Part shown: one piece after another, positions 34,722-45,012 of the stretch
Position numbering within the stretch: the stretch's first letter is position 1
Layout: the number at the start of each line of letters is the position of its first letter
From: Limisphaerales bacterium
Lineage (GTDB): Bacteria; Verrucomicrobiota; Verrucomicrobiia; Limisphaerales; UBA1100
Direction: 5' to 3'
Length of the DNA stretch: 64,000 bases
NCBI GenBank assembly: GCA_965659445.1
Contig: CBFHWX010000001.1
Location: 1,876 to 65,875 of the forward strand
The notes under the pieces: model-generated
What the model saw: only the letters and a program-made list of their open reading frames with translations
Told to the model about the DNA's origin: nothing
The model's database searches: none
Program-made: the position numbers and the translations under genes

Positions 34722-35948
34722 TTATTTGTCGGTCAATATTGCGACGCCGGGCAACTCGTTTCCTTCGAGAAATTCCAAGCTTGCACCCCCACCAGTGCTC
34801 ATGAAAGTGACTTGGTCACCGAGATCAGCCATGTTTAACGCCTTCACGCTGTCACCTCCTCCAATTATGCTTTGTGCGCCGTTTCGCGTGGCTTCGCATA
34901 TGGCATTGGCTACACTAAATGTGCCCTCAGCAAATCGAGGATCTTCAAAAATACCCATCGGGCCGTTCCAGAGAATCGTCTTTGCTTTGGCGATAACCTT
35001 CGAAAATTCCGTAATTGCTTTCGGGCCAATATCCACTCCACCTGCATCGTCTGGTATGTTGTTGCTATCACCCACTCGGTGATTCTCCAGTTGATTGGTC
35101 ACTCCAAGCGTGGCGACAATATGATCGTTGGGAATAAGAAATTGAACGTTAAGTTCGCTTGCCTTGTCAAGCGCAGCTTGGGCGACATGCACCGCTTCCG
35201 GCTCTACAAGCGATTTGCCGACCGTGAGACCCATGGCGAGCATAAATGTGTAGGCCATCGCGCCGCCGATGAGGATTGTGTCGGCCCTTTCTAGCAGCCG
35301 ATCGATCACCTTAATTTTATCGGATACCTTTGCCCCGCCTAGGATCACCACGAACGGGCGATCGGGATCAGCCAGTTCATCTTGAAGAAATTGCAGTTCG
35401 CGTTCCATCAGCAAACCTGCGGCGCATAGTCCGCCGCGGTTGTTGATCACCTTGGCCACACCGGCGGTGGAGGCATGTGCGCGGTGAGCCGCACCGAAGG
35501 CGTCATTCACATAGGCATCGGCCATGGCTGCCAACTGCTCAGCAAAGGCCGGGTCATTGTCAACTTCCTCAGTGTGGTAGCGGACGTTTTCCAAAAGCAG
35601 CAGCCCGCCGTTTTCGAGGTCATTCACAGCCTCGGCGACGGGATCACCCACACATTGTTCGCAGAACGCTACTGGTTGGCCGATGAGTTTGGCAAGTTTG
35701 CCGGCTACTGGGCGAAGGCTCATCGAAGGCTCGCGCATGCCCTTGGGACGACCAAGATGGGCGACGAGGATGATCTTTGCGCCTTTATTGGTCATTGCCT
35801 TGAGGGTCGGGAGGGTGGCACGAATGCGGGTGTCGTCATTAATCACCATCATACCGTTCCGTTCAGCCATGGGCACATTGTAATCTACACGCGTGAGCAC
35901 ACATTTCCCCTGCAAATCAATGTCGTGAACGGTCAGTTTAGCCATCAA
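34722..35948 (-). CDS. pgk: Phosphoglycerate kinase
   Basis: VLTRVDYNVPM, ILVAHLGRPKG, LENVRYH, DAFGAAHRAHAST, ILGGAKVSDKI, NGPMGIFE and STGGGASLEFLEG. Confidence 0.92.
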   Translation of the reverse strand: MMAKLTVHDIDLQGKCVLTRVDYNVPMAERNGMMVINDDTRIRATLPTLKAMTNKGAKIILVAHLGRPKGMREPSMSLRPVAGKLAKLIGQPVAFCEQCVGDPVAEAVNDLENGGLLLLENVRYHTEEVDNDPAFAEQLAAMADAYVNDAFGAAHRAHASTAGVAKVINNRGGLCAAGLLMERELQFLQDELADPDRPFVVILGGAKVSDKIKVIDRLLERADTILIGGAMAYTFMLAMGLTVGKSLVEPEAVHVAQAALDKASELNVQFLIPNDHIVATLGVTNQLENHRVGDSNNIPDDAGGVDIGPKAITEFSKVIAKAKTILWNGPMGIFEDPRFAEGTFSVANAICEATRNGAQSIIGGGDSVKALNMADLGDQVTFMSTGGGASLEFLEGNELPGVAILTDK

Positions 35949-36013
35949 ATAGGGCGCGGAGAATAGCGCAGGGGTAGGGGTGATAAAAGCAGAAAACAGG
36001 GTATTTTTGGCTT

Positions 36014-36952
36014 TTAACGGGTCTTGAGGGAACTTATTGCATCGACGAAATCTTCCGGCAGAGGGGTTTCAATGGTAAGTTTTTTTCCGGATACCGGATG
36101 GATGAATCCAAGAGCAGTGGAATGTAGCATTTGCCGTGGTGCCTTATAGCCTGTTGTTTGTTCAAAGTTGCGCACCAATCGGCCGCCGTAGACTGGATCG
36201 CCAACCAACGGGCAGCCCAAATGCTGGAGATGCACGCGGATTTGGTGGGTGCGACCAGTATGCAGTGTGGCCTCCACGAGCGCGGCCTTGTTAAGCACCT
36301 CCACCACGTGGAGATCGGTGTGCGAAGGTCGACCGCTTTCTACGACGGCCATTTTTTTCCGATGCACCGGATGCCGCGCAATCGGTGCATTCACCGTGCA
36401 CTTTGTCTTGGGCGGATGCCCGCACACGAGCGCTTGATAAATTTTGGTGGTTTTGCGATCAGCAAACTGAGTTGAAAGTGCCAGATGAGTCGAATCGTCC
36501 TTTGCTACCACCAGACAGCCGCTGGTGTCCTTATCCAGTCGATGTACAATGCCCGGCCGTGCTACGCCACCAATGCCGCTTAGTTTGCCCGCACAATAAT
36601 GGAGCAGGGCATTCACCAGCGTACCAGTTGCATGGCCAGCGGCGGGGTGCATCACCATCCCAGCTGGCTTATTGAGCACGATCAGCTGTTCATCCTCAAA
36701 GAGAATATTGAGTGGAATATTCTCCGGTTGTGCATCGGGGGTCACGGGTTCCGGCCATTGGATAATAATTTTTTCGCCGGCTTGAGGATGATGAGTGGAC
36801 TTGGTTGGCTGGTTGTCTACTAATACATCACCACTCTCGATCAGGCGTTGGAATGTGCCGCGCGAAGTGTCTGGAAATTTCATTTTTAGAAACTTGTCCA
36901 GCCGTGTCCTGGGTTCAGACGTTTCCACGTGCAGAATTATGTCCCGAGTCAT
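36014..36952 (-). CDS. rluD: RluA-family 23S rRNA pseudouridine synthase (RluD-like) with an S4 domain
   Basis: S4-like RLDKFLKMKF...GDVLVDNQ, the catalytic HRLDKDTSGCLVVAK, and GRTHQIRVHLQHLGCPLVGDPVYG. I chose the ATG at 36952, which overlaps the lgt stop as ATGA. Confidence 0.85.
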   Translation of the reverse strand: MTRDIILHVETSEPRTRLDKFLKMKFPDTSRGTFQRLIESGDVLVDNQPTKSTHHPQAGEKIIIQWPEPVTPDAQPENIPLNILFEDEQLIVLNKPAGMVMHPAAGHATGTLVNALLHYCAGKLSGIGGVARPGIVHRLDKDTSGCLVVAKDDSTHLALSTQFADRKTTKIYQALVCGHPPKTKCTVNAPIARHPVHRKKMAVVESGRPSHTDLHVVEVLNKAALVEATLHTGRTHQIRVHLQHLGCPLVGDPVYGGRLVRNFEQTTGYKAPRQMLHSTALGFIHPVSGKKLTIETPLPEDFVDAISSLKTR

Positions 36953-37722
36953 GCTTCCTCTTGCGCTGCTTGAAGCTGGTTGCGTTCCTTCAATTTCCAC
37001 CAAAGGAAGCCGCCGCCAATCAGCAACAGAATGGAGATGCCTTGGCCAGAGGTGAGGATCTCAAACCACAAGTGTCCGCGGCTATCGTCACGGAGAAATT
37101 CCATCATGAACCGCACACTGGCATAGCCTAACAAGTAGGCTGTAAAGATTTGCCCATCAAATTTGCGTTTTCGGAACAGCCACGCGAGGGCACCATAAAG
37201 GGCGATGTTCAATAGGCACTCATAAATTTGGGTGGGATGTATATGTGAAGGGTGCGAGGTGTGGCCGTCCGGGAATTGAACAGCCCACGGCAGAATGCAA
37301 ACTTTTCCGTAACAACAACCGGTCATGAAACAGCCGATGCGTCCAAAGGCATGGCCGAGGGCAAAGCTGGGGGCAAGAGAGTCGAATGTCGCCCAGAGCG
37401 GCATTTTTTTTATGCGTGTGAAAATCCAGATGGCTACGGATGCGCCAATGAGAGCGCCGTGAAACACCATCCCGGATCGTTGGAGGAAAAGCTTCATCAC
37501 TGACTCTTTGCCGTCCCAGTGGTTTATGACGAAGAGAATCTTTGCCCCCGCGACGCCCCCCACAAATATCCAGATCACAAGATTGGAGAGGTCCTCCGGA
37601 TTGATACCAATCCGCATGCCCCGGCGGCCGGCAGTCCAGAGGCCCACCATGAACCCTGTGGCCAGCAAAATACCGTACCAATGGATTGTTACTCCGCCGA
37701 TGGTAAAGGCAACCGGATGCAC
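36949..37722 (-). CDS. lgt: Prolipoprotein diacylglyceryl transferase
   Basis: IHWYGILLATGFMVGLW, FHGALIGA, GRIGCFMTGCCYG and HPTQIYE. Confidence 0.88.
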   Translation of the reverse strand: MHPVAFTIGGVTIHWYGILLATGFMVGLWTAGRRGMRIGINPEDLSNLVIWIFVGGVAGAKILFVINHWDGKESVMKLFLQRSGMVFHGALIGASVAIWIFTRIKKMPLWATFDSLAPSFALGHAFGRIGCFMTGCCYGKVCILPWAVQFPDGHTSHPSHIHPTQIYECLLNIALYGALAWLFRKRKFDGQIFTAYLLGYASVRFMMEFLRDDSRGHLWFEILTSGQGISILLLIGGGFLWWKLKERNQLQAAQEEA

Positions 37723-37807
37723 TCCACACCCTATGCGAGAGGCAGGGAAGAGGCAAGTCCGGCTTATTTGGCTTCAAGCTGGCCCGGTTTTGGGTTAATC
37801 ACGCGGG

Positions 37808-40573
37808 GTGGCAAAGTTTGTTGAGGAAGTAAAGGCACGCGCAAAGGAGCAATTGGTTTTGCCGGAAGGCAAGGCCCCGGCCAACGAATTGGCCCGGTAC
37901 AAACGGTTCCTCAAGCATGAAGCGACCAGGCTGAAAAAACTGCATCGCAGCAGTGGCTTGGGTCGTGAAGTATGTATGGCTAGAGCGGCGGTGATCGATG
38001 CTTTGCTTAAACATTTGCTGCGAACCGCCATTGGGCTTGCGCCATTGGGCAAGTTCAAAAAAGTGCCGTCCCTCGCCGTCATCGCGCTGGGCGGATACGG
38101 TCGGGGCGAGCTCAATCCGCATAGCGATATTGATATTCAGTTTCTGTGTGAAGATCGATTGCTTAATGGTGCCAAGCCACATGAGTTTTTAAAGAGTGTG
38201 ACGGATGCAGTGCTATATACGCTTTGGGATGTGGGCTTGAAGATCGGTCATTCCGTGCGACGGGTGAGGGATTGCGTGGAGGAGGCCAACAAGGATATGC
38301 AATCCAAAACGGCGTTGATTGAGGCACGCTGTGTGACGGGTGATGAGGCGTTATTTAAAAAGATGGAAAAGGTGGTGCATGCGAAATGTGTGAAGCCCTA
38401 TATTGATGAATACATCGTTGCTCGTCTGGAAGATCAGGCTTCGCGCCACGCTAGGTACGGCAACGCGGTGACGATGCAGGAACCGGATATCAAGAATGGT
38501 TGCGGTGGCTTGCGCGATTATCAAAACCTCTGCTGGTTGATGCATTTCAAGCTCGGTTATCGCTCGGTGGAGGATCTTGAGGGGCAAAAAGTGATCAGTA
38601 AGGTTGATGCCGAGCGGTTAGAGGCTGGGTATTCATTTCTGTTGCGCGCACGCAATGAACTGCATTATCAGATGGACCGGCCGATGGAGGTGCTCACCAA
38701 ATCTGTGCAACCCAAGATTGCTTGGCAGCTCGGCTACACGAATCGTTCTCCGGCAAAACGACTGGAATCGTTCATGGGTGACTACTATCGCCACGCGCGT
38801 AATATAGATCTCATTGTGCGCTCGGTTGAGCGCCGACTTGCGCTGGTGCCGCGGCCTGCTTGGCAGCAGGCGATCGGTCGCTGGGTTGGCGGCCGCAAGG
38901 AACAGATCATAGATGGTTTCCGTATCATAGATGGCGAGATCAGTTTTGTGAATCGCCGTGTTTTTCGGGATCAACCTCGGAAACTCATGCGTGTTTTTCT
39001 GCTCATGCAACGCCATAGCGTTCGGTTGCATCCCGATCTTGCACAACGCATTCGTGATCAGGTGTGGTTGGTAAACCGAAAGTTTCGGGAAGATATGCAT
39101 ATTCATGAAACTTTTTTAGAAATTTTAAATCAACCCGGCGCAGTGGGGTATGTTTTGAGGCGTATGCATGAGCTAGATTTTTTGGGCAAGTACCTGCCGG
39201 AATTCGGCCGTCTAACATGCCTCGTGCAGCACGAATTTTATCACCAATATACCGTGGACGAACACACCCTCGTTTGCCTCGAGAAACTCGATGGATTGTG
39301 GGAGGAAAAGTGGGCTCGATACCGGCGGTATCACGAGGTGTTTGAGGAGATTGACCGGCCCTCTACACTGTATCTCGCGTTGCTGTTGCATGATGCTGGG
39401 AAAGGAATAGAAACTGACCGTCACGAACGCGAAGGAGCACGAGTGGCTGATCACGTGGCGGATAGGTTAGGGCTCGATGAAGCGGCATCGGACAGTCTGC
39501 AATTGGTCATTCGACATCACCTAACCATGGTGCAAGTGGCCCAGCGCCGTGATCTTGGTGACCCTCAAGTCATCCGGCAATTTGCAGAATCAATTGGGAC
39601 AGAGGAAAACCTGAATCTACTCATGCTGCACACCCTTGCCGACTCATTGGGCACGGCGGAAACCCTTTGGAATGACTTCAAGGACACGGCTCAGTGGGCC
39701 CTTTATCTGAGGACTCATTCATTATTTCGACAGGATACGAATGTGGCGCGGGCCGAAGAGATACAGCGGGCTGAAATTGAGGAGGAAGTTGTCAAGGCTC
39801 TCAACGGCAAAATTCCAAAGGAAGAAATTGGCGCGCACTTTTCCAACTTGCCATCACGCTATTTTCGAACATTGCCGGCCGATGAAATTGCTGAAGATGT
39901 TGAACTCGTGCATCAGTTTATGAAACTGCAGGTGCTGTATGAGCATCGGATGCTCGAGCCTGCCGTGGCTTGGCAGCGAGACCATGACCGCGGCTGCTCA
40001 ATGACTGGTATTTGTACGTGGGATCGCCCTGGACTCTTCGCTCGAGTTGCGGGAGTGATGGCAGTTTGTGGGTTGAATATTCTGAGCGCGCAGATTTTTA
40101 CCCGCGACGACTCCATTGTGTTGGACCGGTTTTTCCTGACCGATGCGCGCACCGGCAGTCTGCCAAGTTCTGATCAGCGGGAAATGTTTTCTGTGCGGTT
40201 GAAAGAAGCTCTTGCTGCCACCGAAGACCTGGATCTAAATATTTCGAAACTGCCTGATTCCACGGTCGAGTATACCTCGTTGACGGGCGAACTCATCCCG
40301 ACTCAAATATACTTCGACAACCGGTCCAGTGAGGAGTTCACCGTGCTTGATCTTGAAACAGAGGATCACGTAGGCCTACTGTACGCCGTGACCCATACGC
40401 TTTCTACCTTGGGATTGACCATTGAGCTGGCGCGCATCAACACTGCGAAAGGAGGTGCGAATGATAGCTTTTATCTCGTGGATGAGAATAGAGAAAAAAT
40501 TGAAAACCGAGTGCGCCAACAATTCATCGAGACAATGCTTCGGCACGTCATCGCTGCGCTTCACGAGGAGTAA
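37808..40573 (+). CDS. glnD: Bifunctional [protein-PII] uridylyltransferase / uridylyl-removing enzyme
   Basis: NTase motif ALGGYGRGELNPHSDIDIQFL, HD domain LALLLHDAGKG, and two C-terminal ACT-like regions (GICTWDRPGLFARVAGV and TEDHVGLLYAVTHTL). GTG start at 37808. Confidence 0.85.
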   Translation: MAKFVEEVKARAKEQLVLPEGKAPANELARYKRFLKHEATRLKKLHRSSGLGREVCMARAAVIDALLKHLLRTAIGLAPLGKFKKVPSLAVIALGGYGRGELNPHSDIDIQFLCEDRLLNGAKPHEFLKSVTDAVLYTLWDVGLKIGHSVRRVRDCVEEANKDMQSKTALIEARCVTGDEALFKKMEKVVHAKCVKPYIDEYIVARLEDQASRHARYGNAVTMQEPDIKNGCGGLRDYQNLCWLMHFKLGYRSVEDLEGQKVISKVDAERLEAGYSFLLRARNELHYQMDRPMEVLTKSVQPKIAWQLGYTNRSPAKRLESFMGDYYRHARNIDLIVRSVERRLALVPRPAWQQAIGRWVGGRKEQIIDGFRIIDGEISFVNRRVFRDQPRKLMRVFLLMQRHSVRLHPDLAQRIRDQVWLVNRKFREDMHIHETFLEILNQPGAVGYVLRRMHELDFLGKYLPEFGRLTCLVQHEFYHQYTVDEHTLVCLEKLDGLWEEKWARYRRYHEVFEEIDRPSTLYLALLLHDAGKGIETDRHEREGARVADHVADRLGLDEAASDSLQLVIRHHLTMVQVAQRRDLGDPQVIRQFAESIGTEENLNLLMLHTLADSLGTAETLWNDFKDTAQWALYLRTHSLFRQDTNVARAEEIQRAEIEEEVVKALNGKIPKEEIGAHFSNLPSRYFRTLPADEIAEDVELVHQFMKLQVLYEHRMLEPAVAWQRDHDRGCSMTGICTWDRPGLFARVAGVMAVCGLNILSAQIFTRDDSIVLDRFFLTDARTGSLPSSDQREMFSVRLKEALAATEDLDLNISKLPDSTVEYTSLTGELIPTQIYFDNRSSEEFTVLDLETEDHVGLLYAVTHTLSTLGLTIELARINTAKGGANDSFYLVDENREKIENRVRQQFIETMLRHVIAALHEE

Positions 40574-40951
40574 TCACACTTCCAGTAACGCCATGGCTGC
40601 CGCTTGGCCTTCACTATGGCTGAGGGTTATATGCACCGTTTTGCCGCCTAATTCTATGAGCATCAACTGTGCGCTGCCGTGAAGCTTGACGCTTGGCCGG
40701 CCGCTTTCATGATGTACAATTTCGAGGTCATGCCAGTTGAGTCTTTCGCCAATTCCGGTGCCGAATGCTTTGCTTATGGCTTCCTTGCCGGCAAACCGAA
40801 CCGCAATGCTGGGTGCCGGATCATTGAGGGAAAGACAGTACTCAATCTCCCCGGTGCGCATAAACTTCACGAGAAACTTGTCGCCCCAGCGCGAGTGAAT
40901 CTTGCGGATGCGGTCCACATCGATGATGTCCAGCCCGATTCCAAAAATCAT
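40574..40951 (-). CDS. acpS: Holo-[acyl-carrier-protein] synthase
   Basis: MIFGIGLDIIDVDRI, FAGKEAISKAFGTG and SLSHSEG, in 125 aa. Lies immediately downstream of pdxJ. Confidence 0.85.
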   Translation of the reverse strand: MIFGIGLDIIDVDRIRKIHSRWGDKFLVKFMRTGEIEYCLSLNDPAPSIAVRFAGKEAISKAFGTGIGERLNWHDLEIVHHESGRPSVKLHGSAQLMLIELGGKTVHITLSHSEGQAAAMALLEV

Positions 40952-40955
40952 GGAC

Positions 40956-41696
40956 TTATCCGCGGTAGCCTTTCATGAGCTTCAACATTTCCTTCACCGC
41001 TTTGGGCAAACCCACGCACATGGAGCGGCTTATAATACAGTGGCCAATATTCAATTCCTCCAAATGTGGTACTGCGAGCAGGTCGACAATGTTGTCATAG
41101 TTCAATCCGTGTCCGGCATTCACTCGTAAGCCCAGCCCATGGGCGTGCTCGGCAGCGGCTATGAGTCGGTTTAGTTCGCGTTTGCGATTTCGCATGTTGC
41201 CGAAGTGCTTCGCATACTGGCCGGTGTGCAGTTCAATAAATTGCGCGCCGGACTTGGCCGCGGCGTCCACCTGCTTGGCGTCTGGATTGATAAACAGGCT
41301 CACTTCGATATCGGCTTTGTTCATGCGTTTACAGACACTAATGATCGCACGCAACTGGCCAGCCACATCCAGTCCGCCTTCGGTGGTGACTTCCTCCCGA
41401 TTTTCCGGAACAAGGCAAACGATGCCTGGCTGCAGCTTAAGTGCAAACCGAACGATCTTCGGGGCGATGGACATTTCCAAATTCAGGCGGGTGCTGACCA
41501 GTTTGCGAAGTGACTTCACATCGGCATCCAGAATGTGTCGGCGATCTTCGCGCAGATGTGCCGTTATGCCGTGCGCGCCCGCTGCCTCACAGGTGAGTGC
41601 GGCATCCACCGGACTGGGCTCGCCATTTCTCATCCCGCGATATCGCGCCTCTCGCAGGGTTGCCACGTGGTCAATGTTCACACCAAGTTTGAGCAC
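40956..41696 (-). CDS. pdxJ: Pyridoxine 5'-phosphate synthase
   Basis: LGVNIDHVATLREAR, GITAHLREDRRHI, LNLEM, ELHTG, VNAGHGLNY and LNIGHCII. Confidence 0.9.
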   Translation of the reverse strand: MLKLGVNIDHVATLREARYRGMRNGEPSPVDAALTCEAAGAHGITAHLREDRRHILDADVKSLRKLVSTRLNLEMSIAPKIVRFALKLQPGIVCLVPENREEVTTEGGLDVAGQLRAIISVCKRMNKADIEVSLFINPDAKQVDAAAKSGAQFIELHTGQYAKHFGNMRNRKRELNRLIAAAEHAHGLGLRVNAGHGLNYDNIVDLLAVPHLEELNIGHCIISRSMCVGLPKAVKEMLKLMKGYRG

Positions 41697-41757
41697 GGGG
41701 TACGTTACGCAAAAATCCCATGGCTTGCCAACCTCATCTTCATTAGTCAGAATTTAA

Positions 41758-44238
41758 TTGATGAAACACCCCATGTTGATCTTGGCGGGCTTGTATGTGC
41801 TGGGAGTGTTGCTGGGGGAATGGCTGCCATTACCGATACCACTGTTGCTTGGCGTGGCCTTAGCCGTCGGAATATGCACGTTTGCGGTGGGCTGGCTGGC
41901 TACGCGCTGCTCAGGTGCGATGTCCAGGAACTTGGGGTATTTATGTGATCACCTCAACATGGTTGCGGGTTTGGCTTCCAGTGCGCGAACCGTTTTGCTT
42001 GCCGTTCTGTTGATTTTGATTGGCGAGAGCAATTTCATCCGGCAAACGGCGATCATTTCCCCACACGATTTAAGGCTCTTGATCCCTTCAGAAGGGGCTA
42101 TCGTCACGATTCGAGGCAAAATGGTATCCTCCCCTGATCAGCGGCGGACAGGATTTGTTGAACGAACGCTGGTGCAGGTGAATGCTGAGTCAATCCTGCT
42201 GGAGGATCAGTGGCAACCAGCTTTCGGGCGCGCACTGATCAGCACAACCAATCAGCTTAGTGCTGAATATTTTTCCGGTCGAATGATCCAGGTTGATGGC
42301 GTTTTGGCTCCGCCGGAAACAACATCTTCGCCGGGTCTATTTGATTATCGGAACAACCTCTATCGCCGAGGCATCCATCATGAGTTGCGTGCCGATGAGT
42401 TTTCTAACTGGAAACTGTTGCCACAACCTTCCACGCCGACCCGGCCTTTGGCCGACGTATTTCGCAATTGGGCCAGACAAAACTTTCGCAAAGGCCTGCC
42501 GGAACAAGATGAAGCGCTGGAATTGCTATGGGCCATGTCTCTCGGCTGGCGCACGGCCCTCACGGGGGACGTGGCGGCGCCGTTCATGCAATCGGGCACG
42601 ATGCATTTATTCGCCATTAGCGGTCTTCACATCGCTTTGGTCGCAGGGATTCTTGTGGCGTTGTTGAGGGTGACTCGATTGTCTCGCAGCTGGGCCGGAG
42701 GCGTGGCTATCCCTTTGTTGTGGTTTTATACAGCCGCAACAGGTTGGCAACCCTCTGCTGTGCGTGCTTCGGTGATGATGACTCTGGTTCTCGGAGCTTG
42801 GGCCCTGAAACGACCTGTCAACATCTTGAATTCGTTGGGCGCAGCGGCGTTTCTCATTCTACTGTGGGATCCCCAACAGCTGTTCCGAGCGAGCTTTCAG
42901 TTGTCGTTTGTGGTTGTCTTCAGTCTTGCTCTAGTGATGCCACCAGTTGTCGAATGGTTGCAGGCGCGGGTTAGTCCGGATCCCTACCTGCCGCGCCAGC
43001 TTTGGCCGCGTTGGCGCCGCTGGATTCTTGAGCCGTCTTACTGGCTTGTGGGTGCGCTGTCAGTTTCCTGCAGCGCTTGGCTAGCATCGGCTCCGTTGGT
43101 GGCGCATCACTTTCATTTATTCAATCCCGTCGCCTTGCTGGCCAATGTTCCCGTGGTGTTGTGCGGAATTCTTGCTCTGGCCAGTTGCATGGGTAGTTTA
43201 TTGTGTGGCGAATGGCTGGAGCCGGTAACCATATTGTTTAACCATTCGGCTTGGTTTTTTATGCGCTGCATGATGGGTCTCAGCAATTGGGCGGCGTCTT
43301 TGCCAAACGCTTGGCAGTATGTGCGATCACCGGAGCCGTGGATGATGACTGGATGGTATGCACTTTTATTCGGATTGGGAACAAGATGGTTTTTACGTCC
43401 GCAGATTCGGCGATGGGCGATGGGTGGTGGCATCGTTTTTACGATTGTCTTGATTGTGACTTTGCAAATAGAACGGCAAACGATCCGTCTCACTTTCCTT
43501 TCTAATACTCCCGTGATTCATTTCGAGGGAGCAGAGAAAATACTTATTGATTGTGGGAATGAGCAGGTTGCTAAATTCAATGTGACTAGGCATTTACGGT
43601 CGCGCGGAGTGGACAAAATTCAAAACTTGATACTCACCCATGGAGTGCGCCATCACGTGGGCGGATTCCCGTACATTTTGGATTCTCAAACGTTACAACG
43701 AGTGTTTTTGAGTCACGCTAAATCCTCATCCAAATATCACCATCAAATTTTCTCCAAATTGGCCGATTCTCCAGTAGTCAAAATAGTGGTGTCGAGTGGT
43801 GAAACAATCGGGCCATGGAAAGTACTGCATCCAGCTAAAGACGATGATTTTTCCAGTAGCACGGATGACGCATTGGCTTTGCTTGGGGAATTTCATGGCG
43901 TCCGTATTTTGCTGATTTCCGATCTTGGATCAAGGGGGCAACAAGCGTTATTATCTGCGTGGGATGATTTGAAAGCGGATGTGGTGGTGACATCTATTGC
44001 TGACCGGGGGCAAACGTTAGGTCCTGGTTTGCTTCAGGCTGTTGCCCCTCGTGTCATTGTGATGCAAGACAGCCAATTTCCGGTAGTAGAACGTGCCTCT
44101 AAAAAATTGCTGGCACGCTTGCGTAAAAGCGGGGCAGCGGTATTTTCAATTCGTGAGAAAGGAGGCATCCGGTTGTCCATACATCCTAACGGATGGAATC
44201 TAGAAAATGCCAAGGGAACTCTTTGGCCAAGCCTTTAA
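41758..44238 (+). CDS. ComEC/Rec2-family DNA internalization protein with a C-terminal metallo-beta-lactamase-like domain
   Basis: Polytopic core with MQSGTMHLFAISGLHIALVAG. The C-terminal region has LTHGVRHHVGG and ALLGEFHGVRILLISDLG, typical of the ComEC MBL domain. Confidence 0.8.
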   Translation: MMKHPMLILAGLYVLGVLLGEWLPLPIPLLLGVALAVGICTFAVGWLATRCSGAMSRNLGYLCDHLNMVAGLASSARTVLLAVLLILIGESNFIRQTAIISPHDLRLLIPSEGAIVTIRGKMVSSPDQRRTGFVERTLVQVNAESILLEDQWQPAFGRALISTTNQLSAEYFSGRMIQVDGVLAPPETTSSPGLFDYRNNLYRRGIHHELRADEFSNWKLLPQPSTPTRPLADVFRNWARQNFRKGLPEQDEALELLWAMSLGWRTALTGDVAAPFMQSGTMHLFAISGLHIALVAGILVALLRVTRLSRSWAGGVAIPLLWFYTAATGWQPSAVRASVMMTLVLGAWALKRPVNILNSLGAAAFLILLWDPQQLFRASFQLSFVVVFSLALVMPPVVEWLQARVSPDPYLPRQLWPRWRRWILEPSYWLVGALSVSCSAWLASAPLVAHHFHLFNPVALLANVPVVLCGILALASCMGSLLCGEWLEPVTILFNHSAWFFMRCMMGLSNWAASLPNAWQYVRSPEPWMMTGWYALLFGLGTRWFLRPQIRRWAMGGGIVFTIVLIVTLQIERQTIRLTFLSNTPVIHFEGAEKILIDCGNEQVAKFNVTRHLRSRGVDKIQNLILTHGVRHHVGGFPYILDSQTLQRVFLSHAKSSSKYHHQIFSKLADSPVVKIVVSSGETIGPWKVLHPAKDDDFSSSTDDALALLGEFHGVRILLISDLGSRGQQALLSAWDDLKADVVVTSIADRGQTLGPGLLQAVAPRVIVMQDSQFPVVERASKKLLARLRKSGAAVFSIREKGGIRLSIHPNGWNLENAKGTLWPSL

Positions 44239-44275
44239 TCAACAAGTTGGATCAATTGGGAGGAAAGTAAACATT

Positions 44276-44304
44276 TTGGCAAGAATAGTGTAAGGGTCTA
44301 TACT
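44276..44304 (+). promoter_or_regulatory. Candidate promoter implying a leaderless or near-leaderless transcript for the 44311 gene
   Basis: TTGGCA (44276-44281), a 17-nt spacer, then TATACT (44299-44304), only 6 nt before the ATG at 44311. No Shine-Dalgarno sequence fits in between. Confidence 0.3.
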
Positions 44305-44310
44305 CCCGCT

Positions 44311-45006
44311 ATGTCAGGGCCATTTCTCACCGCTGCTTGGCGCGATTTGCTGTTACTGAATTGGCGTGTGGATGCGTCATTGCTGCAAAACTATGTGCCG
44401 GCGGGCACGCAGTTGGATTCGTGGGGAGGAGATAATTGGGTGAGTCTTGTGGGTTTTCGGTTTTTAGATTTGGCGGTGAAAGGGATACCGGCATTGGGGC
44501 ATCGGGATTTCCCGGAAATCAATCTGCGCTTCTATGTGCGGCGCAAGGGGGCGGGCAAAATCCGGCGTGGTGTGGTGTTCCTGCGCGAGTTGACGCCACA
44601 CCATATCGTCGAGTGGGTCGCCCGCGCTGTTTACAGTGAGCCGTATAAGACGTTGCCCATGCGTAGTGCCGTGAACGAAACACACACGCAATATGAATTG
44701 AAACAAGCCGGAGAATGGCAGGGCATGGCGGCGAATCCAACGAATGATTGGCATGTTCCAAATTCGATGGAAGAATTTTTAGTTGAACATTACTGGGGCT
44801 ACAACCAGCAGCCAAACGGTAGTACGATGGAGTACGAGGTGACGCATCCCAAATGGCGCACGCGATCGGGGGAACTAATGCGTTTCGACTTGGATGTGGA
44901 GGCGTTGTATGGGCAGGACTGGGCGGAGGTGCTGGGCGGCGTGCCGGATTCCATCGTGCTTGCCGAAGGTTCGGCGGTGAAAGTGTTTTCCGGCGCGCGG
45001 ATTTAA
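44311..45006 (+). CDS. DUF2071 (YqjF-like) family protein
   Basis: FLTAAWRDLLLLNWRVDASLLQNYVPAG, WVSLVGFRF and FPEINLRFYVRR match the DUF2071 pattern as I remember it. Confidence 0.6.
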   Translation: MSGPFLTAAWRDLLLLNWRVDASLLQNYVPAGTQLDSWGGDNWVSLVGFRFLDLAVKGIPALGHRDFPEINLRFYVRRKGAGKIRRGVVFLRELTPHHIVEWVARAVYSEPYKTLPMRSAVNETHTQYELKQAGEWQGMAANPTNDWHVPNSMEEFLVEHYWGYNQQPNGSTMEYEVTHPKWRTRSGELMRFDLDVEALYGQDWAEVLGGVPDSIVLAEGSAVKVFSGARI

Positions 45007-45012
45007 CCTTAA

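Noticed and set aside
37220-37777. 185-aa - strand ORF, plus + strand ORFs at 37508-37824, overlapping lgt
   Set aside because: These are alternate-frame or antisense ORFs with Arg/Pro/Gly-rich nonsense composition. The lgt frame carries clear family motifs.
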